Positions 1-7,474 of a stretch of 30,998 bases of DNA are shown piece by piece (the stretch's first letter is position 1; the number at the start of each line of letters is the position of its first letter). A model generated the notes under the pieces. That model did no database searches, had not been told where the DNA came from, and was given only the letters and a program-made list of their open reading frames with translations. Made by a program: the position numbers and the translations under genes. The stretch lies in the IMG/VR virus record IMGVR_UViG_3300028888_000090, one strand, 5' to 3'. This DNA is from an uncultured virus (IMG/VR IMGVR_UViG_3300028888_000090) (Duplodnaviria > Heunggongvirae > Uroviricota > Caudoviricetes > Crassvirales).

Positions 1-214
1 TAACTTTAATACTATAAGTATGTAAAACTTGTTCTACCTCCCCTTTAGAAAGGGATTTGATTGGTATCTCGTTCCCTTTATCATCAGTTTTATACATTTG
101 TGATACAGCAAAATCACAACATTTTTTATTAAAGTGAGGACCATAATGAGATAGATAAATACTAAGATCTTCTGGCATCACTTCATAAGCAGTAAAATTT
201 TCTCTATTATGCAT
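1..214 (-). CDS. Partial hypothetical protein, truncated by the window edge (not in the ORF track)
   Basis: Hand-translated from the ATG at 214: MHNRENFTAYEVMPEDLSIYLSHYGPHFNKKCCDFAVSQMYKTDDKGNEIPIKSLSKGEVEQVLHTYSIKV..., open to base 1. The YLSHYGxHFNKK..FAVS motif resembles an uncharacterised Bacteroidetes phage protein family (from recall). Confidence 0.8.
   Translation of the reverse strand, partial: MHNRENFTAYEVMPEDLSIYLSHYGPHFNKKCCDFAVSQMYKTDDKGNEIPIKSLSKGEVEQVLHTYSIKV
34..55 (+). repeat. Dispersed GC-rich motif, copy 1
   Basis: CTACCTCCCCTTTAGAAAGGGA, inside CDS 1..214; one mismatch to the core. Confidence 0.75.
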
Positions 215-221
215 AATATTA

Positions 222-257
222 TAAATTAAGAGGGTAGTAAGAAGTGTTACTACCCTC
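222..257 (-). terminator. Intrinsic terminator-like hairpin
   Basis: Perfect 11-bp stem GAGGGTAGTAA/TTACTACCCTC (230-257) with a 6-nt loop, followed on the minus strand by TTAATTTA. It lies just after the stop of 267..491. Confidence 0.7.
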
Positions 258-266
258 AGGTTAAAC

Positions 267-491
267 TTACATACGACCTCTACGATAACGACTTCTGCTC
301 ATACGCTCACTTCTACGTACGCGTCTATCGTCATTAGAATCATCGTAATCATCATCACGATAATCAACGTCTTCATCTTCCATGCATTCTTCTAAAAGAT
401 CTTCAACATCTTCAATCTCTTCTCTCATTTTTTTAACTTTCTTTAAAAGATGTTTACCATCTTCTTCTTTACGAAATCTCATTATAAGCAT
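267..491 (-). CDS. Small hypothetical protein: helical N-terminus, acidic block, Arg/Ser-rich tail
   Basis: 74-aa ORF co-oriented with the operon, with AAAGGAG upstream of the ATG. Confidence 0.75.
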   Translation of the reverse strand: MLIMRFRKEEDGKHLLKKVKKMREEIEDVEDLLEECMEDEDVDYRDDDYDDSNDDRRVRRSERMSRSRYRRGRM

Positions 492-510
492 AATAATTCT
501 CCTTTCTTTA

Positions 511-1002
511 TTAATTGTTTCCAGACTTAGTAGCGTTAATAAATTCTTTCATCATATTTTTATATTCTGCAAGTTCCGCACGAAGAGCTTTAAGTTCTTC
601 ATTTTCTTGCTTTGCAGCTAATGTTCCATTAAGTTCATCAGCTATAGTAGAATATTGTTCATAAAGTCTTTTTTCAAGTTCGATATTACTAATAGCTCGT
701 TTCTTTGTATCAACCATTGAATTAACATGAACTTTAAGAGAATCTTTACTATCTGCTAAAATAAAACCTATAGAGCCAAAATCAGCAATCGAAATGTTAC
801 TGGGCACTTGTTTGAACTCACGATTTTCTCCGTTAATGGTTGCAGAAATATCTACAACCATACAAGGAATTTGAACTCCGTTATTTTTAATATAACTTGG
901 ATAAGGTGCACTAGTCTTAGTAATTGGAGCTGCAAACAATTTGAAATCTCCTCTTGTATCAAGACCATGAAGAATATTACCTTGTACTAAATTTGAAAAC
1001 AT
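511..1002 (-). CDS. Hypothetical protein with C-terminal coiled coil
   Basis: 163-aa ORF, tightly packed in the operon, with a heptad-like C-terminus (ENEELKALRAELAEYKNMMKEF). Confidence 0.8.
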   Translation of the reverse strand: MFSNLVQGNILHGLDTRGDFKLFAAPITKTSAPYPSYIKNNGVQIPCMVVDISATINGENREFKQVPSNISIADFGSIGFILADSKDSLKVHVNSMVDTKKRAISNIELEKRLYEQYSTIADELNGTLAAKQENEELKALRAELAEYKNMMKEFINATKSGNN

Positions 1003-1013
1003 AATGATTAATT

Positions 1014-1412
1014 TTAATTGTTAGTATTAGTTTCTGTTGTACTTTGAGTTGCTGCCGGAGCTGCAGGACCAAACGTCATAAGTTGAAGGATATTAGCAAC
1101 TTTATCATAATAGATAAAGTAAATGCCAGCACCAGTGAGTTGTTCAGCCGTAGCAGCTTCTCCACCAACAAGAGTCAAAGGTTGTGTAAATTCATTGGAG
1201 GCGAATAGGATTGGGAGAGTACCTGCTCCATCAGGAAGAGCAGTATTAAGTCTAAACAAAATTGCTCCATTACCATTAAGGAATCTAAAAGCTCTCTTAG
1301 GAATTCCTATTACAACATTGTCAGTATTAACTGTAATATTTGTACTTTCAATCAAAGGAATACCAAGTCTATTCGCAAAATTAAACGGATAATTAGTAGT
1401 AGCACCAAACAT
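1014..1412 (-). CDS. Hypothetical beta-rich protein
   Basis: 132-aa ORF with AGGAGGT upstream of the ATG and alternating hydrophobic, beta-strand-like segments. Confidence 0.8.
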   Translation of the reverse strand: MFGATTNYPFNFANRLGIPLIESTNITVNTDNVVIGIPKRAFRFLNGNGAILFRLNTALPDGAGTLPILFASNEFTQPLTLVGGEAATAEQLTGAGIYFIYYDKVANILQLMTFGPAAPAATQSTTETNTNN

Positions 1413-1430
1413 AATATTACCTCCTATAGA

Positions 1431-2384
1431 TTAATTGAAGAAACTAGTTTGACCAAAACCACCCATTAAGAAAGGTAGAAGATAAGCAGGAATAGAACCA
1501 CAACCACAGTTGCTACCATTATTAACAGGAGTGTTATTAACAGCAGTCAGGTTAGGATAAGCAACAGGAACAGTATTCGGTTGTTTTGCAGCAATAGCAT
1601 CAATCTTATCATCTAAAGCACGCATAGCAGCATTGAAAGCCTCAGTCTGTTTATCATTACTAATTTGACCACGCAACTGAGTAATAATATCTCCCTGAGT
1701 GTTAATCTTATTCTGCAACTCGCGTTCTTTAAGGTCACAGAACTCTTTAGTAATCATAGCATTCTGATTCAGAATAGCATTCAGAACACTATTGGTATTA
1801 CGCTCATTCTGAGTAGCAAGAGTATTCGTTTGTTGACAAACAGCAAGTTGATCGGCAGCTTCATTCTGAGCAAGTTGCAGACGAATATTAGAATCGTGTG
1901 CAGCCATTTGAGCTTGCAAAGCAGCGGTTTGATTAGCAGTAGCTAATCTGTTCTCACAACAACACTCACAGAGCTGACGAGAAAGGTCTGCATTACCAAG
2001 AGCAATAGCGTTCTGAACCTGCAAACCACTCATACCAACTTGAGCACCAACTTGCTGAATAGAACTCTGAAGCTGACCAACAAGAGTGTTAATAGTTTCA
2101 ACATTCGTGTTAATAATTTGAGCAAGAGTGTTCAGATTATCAAAACGACCATTCATAATTTCAGCAAGATACTGACGACCTTCATTACCAAACTGAGCAG
2201 CATAATCACCAAAGTTACCATTACAACCATTACGCTGCCACATCATCCACAAGAAGATGAGCCACATCCAGTTATTACTATTACCAAAACCACCACCATT
2301 GTTCATAGCAAGAAGAAGGTTCGGGTCGATACTAGAAGTGTTACCACCTACTCCAGGAAAAATAGCAATTCCATCTTTTTCCAT
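1431..2384 (-). CDS. Gly-rich, membrane-anchored coiled-coil protein with a CECCC motif (317 aa, start revised to ATG 2384)
   Basis: GGGFG..WMWLIFLWMMW hydrophobic segment, long Gln/Asn-rich heptads and a CECCCENRL motif. The TTG start at 2456 in the ORF track overlaps a promoter -7 box, so MEKDG is preferred. Confidence 0.8.
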   Translation of the reverse strand: MEKDGIAIFPGVGGNTSSIDPNLLLAMNNGGGFGNSNNWMWLIFLWMMWQRNGCNGNFGDYAAQFGNEGRQYLAEIMNGRFDNLNTLAQIINTNVETINTLVGQLQSSIQQVGAQVGMSGLQVQNAIALGNADLSRQLCECCCENRLATANQTAALQAQMAAHDSNIRLQLAQNEAADQLAVCQQTNTLATQNERNTNSVLNAILNQNAMITKEFCDLKERELQNKINTQGDIITQLRGQISNDKQTEAFNAAMRALDDKIDAIAAKQPNTVPVAYPNLTAVNNTPVNNGSNCGCGSIPAYLLPFLMGGFGQTSFFN

Positions 2385-2453
2385 TTTAATTTCAAGTTTT
2401 AAGTTAGAATTAAGTTTACTACAATCTTTTATAATGCGCATTAAAAGATGGAA

Positions 2454-2461
2454 CAAAAGTA
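2454..2461 (-). promoter_or_regulatory. Bacteroidetes sigma-A -7 element (TACTTTTG)
   Basis: Matches TAnnTTTG, about 70 nt upstream of ATG 2384 and just downstream of a terminator. No clear -33 box. Confidence 0.5.
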
Positions 2462-2497
2462 ATCATAGTAGTTGGTGTGGAAGAATGATTTTAATAT

Positions 2498-2532
2498 AAA
2501 ACAAAAACGGCTAACTATCAAGTAGTTAGCCG
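2498..2532 (-). terminator. Intrinsic terminator
   Basis: 10-bp stem CGGCTAACTA/TAGTTAGCCG (2508-2532) followed on the minus strand by TTTTTGTTTT, downstream of the HTH gene. Confidence 0.85.
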
Positions 2533-2542
2533 CGAATGTCAA

Positions 2543-2564
2543 TTCCTTTCTACAGGGGAGGTAG
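2543..2564 (-). repeat. Dispersed GC-rich motif, copy 2
   Basis: Reverse complement is CTACCTCCCCTGTAGAAAGGAA; lies between the HTH stop codon and its terminator. Confidence 0.85.
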
Positions 2565-2864
2565 TTAATCTTTACTTCTAAGTTTCCTTATAGCTTCACG
2601 AATTTCATCTCTATACCAAGTAAGTTCTTTAAAACCTCTTCTTTTACGACCAGCAGGAATCTTTTTAGCATCAAGTAAATCATAAAATCTATTATTAGAA
2701 ATATTCATTTCTAAACAAACTTGTTCTCTGCTAATAGGTTCATGCGTTACAATTCTAAAAATTTCAATTGCTTCATCTTCTGTAATTTCAGAAGTACCTG
2801 CTTTAAATTTATTACCAACTTTAATTAAAGCATCTCCTAGTCTATTTGCTAGTTCTTGATTCAT
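2565..2864 (-). CDS. Putative helix-turn-helix DNA-binding protein (AlpA/excisionase-like)
   Basis: C-terminal ISREQVCLEMNISNNRFYDLLDAKKIPAGRK...WYRDEI fits the MerR/AlpA/Xis-type winged-HTH pattern. Confidence 0.65.
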   Translation of the reverse strand: MNQELANRLGDALIKVGNKFKAGTSEITEDEAIEIFRIVTHEPISREQVCLEMNISNNRFYDLLDAKKIPAGRKRRGFKELTWYRDEIREAIRKLRSKD

Positions 2865-3240
2865 GTTGTTTGAATTTGAAAAATACTATCAATAATATGA
2901 ATACTCCTACTATACTTATATTAAGAACAAACAATTCTTTATTAGATACTGGAATACCAATTATGTTATCATAATAAGCAAGAATATCAGATATAAGAAT
3001 GTAATATAAAGGAAGTCTATGATAAATACAAAATTTGAATACAAAAGAAGATATGTAAAGAAATAGCCAAGTAAGAATAGATTGACCACCAATAACAGAA
3101 AGTATTTCACCATTAATATTACAATAAGATAGAATACTATTTAACACATAGCATAACATTATAATAAATGGTATTACTTTTATAATTAGTAATTCTATTT
3201 TATAAAGTGTTTTACCAACACCACCCGCCACCTTTGTCAT
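2842..3240 (-). CDS. Polytopic membrane protein (about 4 TM)
   Basis: Four long hydrophobic segments; overlaps both neighbours; AAAGGAG precedes the ATG. Confidence 0.75.
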   Translation of the reverse strand: MTKVAGGVGKTLYKIELLIIKVIPFIIMLCYVLNSILSYCNINGEILSVIGGQSILTWLFLYISSFVFKFCIYHRLPLYYILISDILAYYDNIIGIPVSNKELFVLNISIVGVFILLIVFFKFKQHESRTSK

Positions 3241-3376
3241 ATCTTCTCCTTTCTACTGTTACTCCAGCTTTTGGAGCCATAGGTTTAGGACGTCCTGGAG
3301 TAGGACTATTAAGTTTACTTTTACGACTACTTTTAGTAGTACTTCTACTATTTGAACTGCTTTTTCCTCTCGGCAT
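3212..3376 (-). CDS. Small basic protein, 54 aa (below the ORF-track cutoff)
   Basis: Hand-translated: MPRGKSSSNSRSTTKSSRKSKLNSPTPGRPKPMAPKAGVTVERRRYDKGGGWCW*. It has an AT-rich leader, fills the gap on the coding strand and overlaps the next gene. Confidence 0.7.
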   Translation of the reverse strand: MPRGKSSSNSRSTTKSSRKSKLNSPTPGRPKPMAPKAGVTVERRRYDKGGGWCW

Positions 3377-3398
3377 AATTGGATATGTTTTAGATGAT

Positions 3399-3510
3399 TA
3401 TTTGCCCGATTTAGGGTCAATCGTGACCTACAATCGAATTTTATACTGATGATTATAACTTATTCATAAAAGAAGTGAAACGCTCTTAAATCCGATTTCA
3501 AACTATACAA
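3399..3510. repeat. ~110-bp intergenic element, copy A
   Basis: Shares TATTTGCC, GTGACCTACAATCGA-TTTTATA, AACGCT and CGAWWTCAAAMTATACAA at near-identical spacing with 19887..19997. Confidence 0.8.
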
Positions 3511-3524
3511 GAACGTTTCACTTC
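3467..3524 (-). terminator. Long hairpin, possible terminator after the holin-like gene
   Basis: GAAGTGAAACGCTCTT (3472-3487) pairs with AAGAACGTTTCACTTC (3509-3524). The one mismatch is a G-U pair on the minus strand. 21-nt loop, followed by TTTTAT. Confidence 0.55.
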
Positions 3525-3539
3525 CATTACTATCAATAA

Positions 3540-3866
3540 CTACTTTGGCATAGTCTTATTAACTTGCTTATAATTAATACCTAATCTTTTACATAAAGGT
3601 CTAAATATAATATCCCAACTTACAGGAGCTAAAATAGCACTGTTAATAAGAAGTTTAACATCTTGACCAAGGAGATAATATACAACCCCCGTAGAAAGGA
3701 TGCATCCAAAAAGGATTAATCTTTTCATCCAAGTAGTAACTTCTTTATCTTTATTGAGTTCATCAACTAGTTTGATTACAAGATATGTAAGAACATTAAC
3801 AATAATGCAATATCCAAAATCAAAACTGTTGATTGTAGTATCAATAATTTGAGATATAATTTCCAT
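3540..3866 (-). CDS. Putative holin (small membrane protein, 2-3 TM)
   Basis: 108 aa with hydrophobic helices and a basic C-terminus. Function inferred from topology only. Confidence 0.5.
   Translation of the reverse strand: MEIISQIIDTTINSFDFGYCIIVNVLTYLVIKLVDELNKDKEVTTWMKRLILFGCILSTGVVYYLLGQDVKLLINSAILAPVSWDIIFRPLCKRLGINYKQVNKTMPK
3680..3700 (+). repeat. Dispersed GC-rich motif, copy 3
   Basis: ATACAACCCCCGTAGAAAGGA, inside the holin-like CDS. Confidence 0.8.
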
Positions 3867-3868
3867 AG

Positions 3869-4111
3869 TTATTTTAGTTTGAATAAGTCGATTTTATTAC
3901 TAACAAGATTAGCTAAAACATTTCTAACAAAGTCATCTTCATTTTCATTATGATGATTAGCAACATAAGTATTAATAACTTTTACTATTTGTTTTAGCAT
4001 AATATTATTCTCGTGAGTTTCTCTTAGAAGTTGTTTAAAAGCCGGACTTCTAATTGTATCTTGAATATCTTCTAAGATATCAAGAACATAATCTTCTTCT
4101 TTACTTGTCAT
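3869..4111 (-). CDS. Hypothetical protein
   Basis: 80-aa helical ORF separated by 2 nt from the next gene. Confidence 0.7.
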   Translation of the reverse strand: MTSKEEDYVLDILEDIQDTIRSPAFKQLLRETHENNIMLKQIVKVINTYVANHHNENEDDFVRNVLANLVSNKIDLFKLK

Positions 4112-4244
4112 TGTTCTTTGCTTCTTTATGATGTTTAATTAAATCTAAAATACTAATAAATTTAACATTATGTTTTTTATTAGTATTAAGAATATCATTT
4201 TGTTTTTCTTTAGAAACTTCTTTTATTGGAGTTGTTTTAATCAT
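4101..4244 (-). CDS. Small hypothetical protein, 47 aa (below the ORF-track cutoff)
   Basis: MIKTTPIKEVSKEKQNDILNTNKKHNVKFISILDLIKHHKEAKNNDK*. It fills the gap and overlaps the next start (ATGACAAGTAA). Confidence 0.5.
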   Translation of the reverse strand: MIKTTPIKEVSKEKQNDILNTNKKHNVKFISILDLIKHHKEAKNNDK

Positions 4245-4264
4245 AATTGTAATTGTTTAAGTAA

Positions 4265-6670
4265 TTATAAAGACAATGTGAACATTTCAGATACGAGATT
4301 ATCTAATACAGCTATAGCTTTAATTGTAAGTCCACTTTGGTATTGAATTGGAGTTGTATAAACTTGAGAACTTGTTGTTGGTGTTGTACCATCGGTAGTA
4401 TAGTAAATTGTACTTCTAATAGCTTTACAATGTAAATTATAGTAATCTGTATTATTATCTGTAGTAAGAGTAATATATGGTTTTAAACCTGCACTTGTAA
4501 ACCAATTACCTGTAAACTGTATATAACTTTTACTTGCATCATTATGGTCATACACGTAATTGATATTATCACTTAAATATCCATGCTTTACATATTCCCA
4601 TTTATTGTTATTATTAGAATTATATTCTAAAATTGATATTGTCCAGCAATCAAAAACATCTGCATTTGGTATAGTTATATGATCTTTAAGAGTAGTTTGC
4701 GTATGCAAATCAGTATATATTTTATTAGTACTGGATTTATATGTACCATTAAGATATACAAACATTTTGTAATAACATCCAATACCTGTAACACAACCAA
4801 AGTATAAAGCTAATTCTTTTGGGGTATTACAGCCAAATAACGGATATTGTATAATAGCATCATTACTTGAACCAAAAGAAATTGTTTCGCCATCGTCTTG
4901 ACTTACAACAAGTGGTGTTTCTAATAACATATCTTCACAAGAGTTATAAAAACTAGACTTAAAAACACCATTAGAATTAAACATTATAGGAAATTCTTTA
5001 AGAGGTGTATAAGCAAAAGCATTACTAAAGTTGGCTTTTAAATCAATTGCAGGAGGATATTCTAGAGCACTGTTACTAAAAAGAGATAAACAATAACCAC
5101 TCATATTATAATTGTATCTGATTGTAGATTTATTGCCTGAAAATAGTGAAGTGATCCAATCAGTTATGTTCATCGGACTTGCTTGTTCAGCATTAATATA
5201 ACCATTTATAGTAATACTTGTAAAAAGTGGTGAATAATTTAAATCTGTAAGATTATCATCTATTATATAATCCGGAAACAACAGAGCATTTAGATTGCCA
5301 CTTATACTACCGTGTATATTATCACGCCCTTCTATATAATGATTCACATTTAATTCTGAAAAAGACTTTAAATATAAAATTCCGGTACTAGGAATTTGAA
5401 TAACTTCTTGATTACCATTTGGAGTATGCCAAGTTATAGCATCTTCTGAATACCATATACGATATAAATATACATTACTGTTTGGATCAGCATTTAAAGT
5501 TATATAATTACTACTAGCTTGAGTAAATGCTATAGTTTTTGTTATATCTATATAATGATTAGAATTGTCTTTAGCGGAAATTGTAAATGTTAAAGTGTGT
5601 GATATCGTACAATCAACAATGAATCTTGAATTTAAATCATCAGTATATTCACCATTATCAATTTTTACTTTATAATCATAATTATTAGTGTCTAAATCAG
5701 TAATAAATTGTGGTATAAATCCAATATTATTGGAATCGATAGCATAAGCTTCAAATTCAATTTTTTGATTTATATTAAAATCTTCATGAACATTTTCTTG
5801 TGCTTCAGCTACAACAGTATTAGTTTCATCTAGAGCTCTAGCATATATGGTATAATCTAAATATGGAAATATACGTATGGTTGCAGAATTTCCATAAATA
5901 GTAGTCCAAGGACTATCATCAATTTTATATTGAAGGACTTGTTGATTAGTATATATATTATAGTCGTTACCTCCTTGATTGTGTATTGCTATACCTGGTT
6001 CTTCTGACAAACCACTTATGCTGGCAACAGCATTACCATAATTTGTGATAAGTTCAAAAGCAATAGTTCCGCTATATGTTTGTAAAAGACTAATCTGCAT
6101 ACTTAAAAGCATATCTCCAATATTAACTTCTGTACCAAGTATTAGAGATACATCTTCTAAAGTCATTTCATTTTCTTCTAGAAAGTCATTAGTAATAATG
6201 GTGTTATCCATAACTACATAACAATCGTTTTCTGTAATATAAGCAGAATTATCTAATACAGCATTATATAAAACATTGTTTATTTTGACTTTGTCTATTG
6301 TTACAGGAGAAGTAGCATCGTGTACTATAGTATATAGCATAATTTGAGTTTCATTACTGGTGCTCCTATATGAAGGTAGAATCATATCACCCATATTCAT
6401 ATTTAGTATCTCAATAGCACTATTATCGTCACTAGGATTATCACCACCAGGACTATAATTGTCTTGACTAACTGAAATAGTTGCAAGAGTCCAATAATCT
6501 TTATCAGATATTGGAATTTTACGAGGAACATCTTTAATAGCTTGATAAAATTCTATTTTACCATTTATCATATAATATACTACAGATAATCTTTCATATC
6601 TTTTATTATAATCGTGTTCTTCAAACAAAGCAGCTAATTGAACACGAATATCATTATTTTCTTCAGACAT
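4265..6670 (-). CDS. Multidomain accessory virion/adhesin-like protein with a C-terminal CHB_HEX_C/Fn3-associated domain
   Basis: 801 aa. The C-terminus STIYYTTDGTTPTTSSQVYTTPI..TIKAIAV is the classic chitobiase/Fn3-associated motif. The N-terminal Y..L.V...Y...VP..I.I...YW module is CBM5/12-like, and the central region is degenerate LRR-like. Confidence 0.7.
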   Translation of the reverse strand: MSEENNDIRVQLAALFEEHDYNKRYERLSVVYYMINGKIEFYQAIKDVPRKIPISDKDYWTLATISVSQDNYSPGGDNPSDDNSAIEILNMNMGDMILPSYRSTSNETQIMLYTIVHDATSPVTIDKVKINNVLYNAVLDNSAYITENDCYVVMDNTIITNDFLEENEMTLEDVSLILGTEVNIGDMLLSMQISLLQTYSGTIAFELITNYGNAVASISGLSEEPGIAIHNQGGNDYNIYTNQQVLQYKIDDSPWTTIYGNSATIRIFPYLDYTIYARALDETNTVVAEAQENVHEDFNINQKIEFEAYAIDSNNIGFIPQFITDLDTNNYDYKVKIDNGEYTDDLNSRFIVDCTISHTLTFTISAKDNSNHYIDITKTIAFTQASSNYITLNADPNSNVYLYRIWYSEDAITWHTPNGNQEVIQIPSTGILYLKSFSELNVNHYIEGRDNIHGSISGNLNALLFPDYIIDDNLTDLNYSPLFTSITINGYINAEQASPMNITDWITSLFSGNKSTIRYNYNMSGYCLSLFSNSALEYPPAIDLKANFSNAFAYTPLKEFPIMFNSNGVFKSSFYNSCEDMLLETPLVVSQDDGETISFGSSNDAIIQYPLFGCNTPKELALYFGCVTGIGCYYKMFVYLNGTYKSSTNKIYTDLHTQTTLKDHITIPNADVFDCWTISILEYNSNNNNKWEYVKHGYLSDNINYVYDHNDASKSYIQFTGNWFTSAGLKPYITLTTDNNTDYYNLHCKAIRSTIYYTTDGTTPTTSSQVYTTPIQYQSGLTIKAIAVLDNLVSEMFTLSL

Positions 6671-6760
6671 AATTGTAAATATTATAAAATAAATACTGTA
6701 TTATTATTTATAAGTTACGGAGTTGTAAGTCCTGTTGTATTTCCCATCCAATTAGCTACA

Positions 6761-7456
6761 TCATACTGTATATTCTGTAACCGTTACACTACTACTATTT
6801 CCATTACTATCGTAAAGAGTAAGAGTAATATCACCATGAATTTCTTCGGATTCAAATATTATCGTTGCGCCTACAAGATAAGAACCATTTGCTAAATCAA
6901 CTTGTAGTCCTATACTAGAAGCTTGATCAATAAGTTCTTGGGTCATAGGCATTGCTTGATAATACATAATAACAGTATTTTCATTGTGAGGTGGAGTACC
7001 TCCATCAAGCGATGCCATTATAACAGGATATTCAGTGTTTCCAATTTTACATCTAGATATATCAGGGTAAGCACTATCAGCTAAATCGCACTGAATCATT
7101 ATTACGCTTATTTCAATAGAGTTATCTTCTGAATCAAAACGATAATGAGGTTCTGTTACTCCATGTTCAGTATAAGGAGGAAACAAATAGAAATTAGGCT
7201 CACCTCCAGAAGTAGGTTCTGAACTTTCTCCAGGAGTAGGTGCTGGACTTTCTCCAGCACCTGTTTTATTATTCAATCGCTTCCAATAATGTTTATCTGT
7301 AATAGAAATGTGTCTAGGAACATTTTGTTTAGCAATATAAAAATCTATAACGTCACCAACAGTATGGGTAACAATTGTTAATTCTTTATATGTTCTTTCA
7401 TAATCGTGTTCTTGAAATAAAGTTTTCAAAGAACTATTAATTGTTTCTTCTGCCAT
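6761..7456 (-). CDS. Accessory virion protein, paralog of the N-terminal ~225 aa of 4265..6670
   Basis: LFQEHDYERTYKELTIV...FYIAKQNVPRHISITDKHYW aligns with LFEEHDYNKRYERLSVV...FYQAIKDVPRKIPISDKDYW. Confidence 0.75.
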   Translation of the reverse strand: MAEETINSSLKTLFQEHDYERTYKELTIVTHTVGDVIDFYIAKQNVPRHISITDKHYWKRLNNKTGAGESPAPTPGESSEPTSGGEPNFYLFPPYTEHGVTEPHYRFDSEDNSIEISVIMIQCDLADSAYPDISRCKIGNTEYPVIMASLDGGTPPHNENTVIMYYQAMPMTQELIDQASSIGLQVDLANGSYLVGATIIFESEEIHGDITLTLYDSNGNSSSVTVTEYTV

Positions 7457-7474
7457 AATTATTATTATTATTTA

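Noticed and set aside
34..2564. Motif copies 1 and 2 as inverted repeats of an invertible segment or transposon
   Set aside because: Copy 1 is inside a CDS that inversion would break, there is no recombinase or transposase in the window, and five other copies exist. Not fully excluded without reads.
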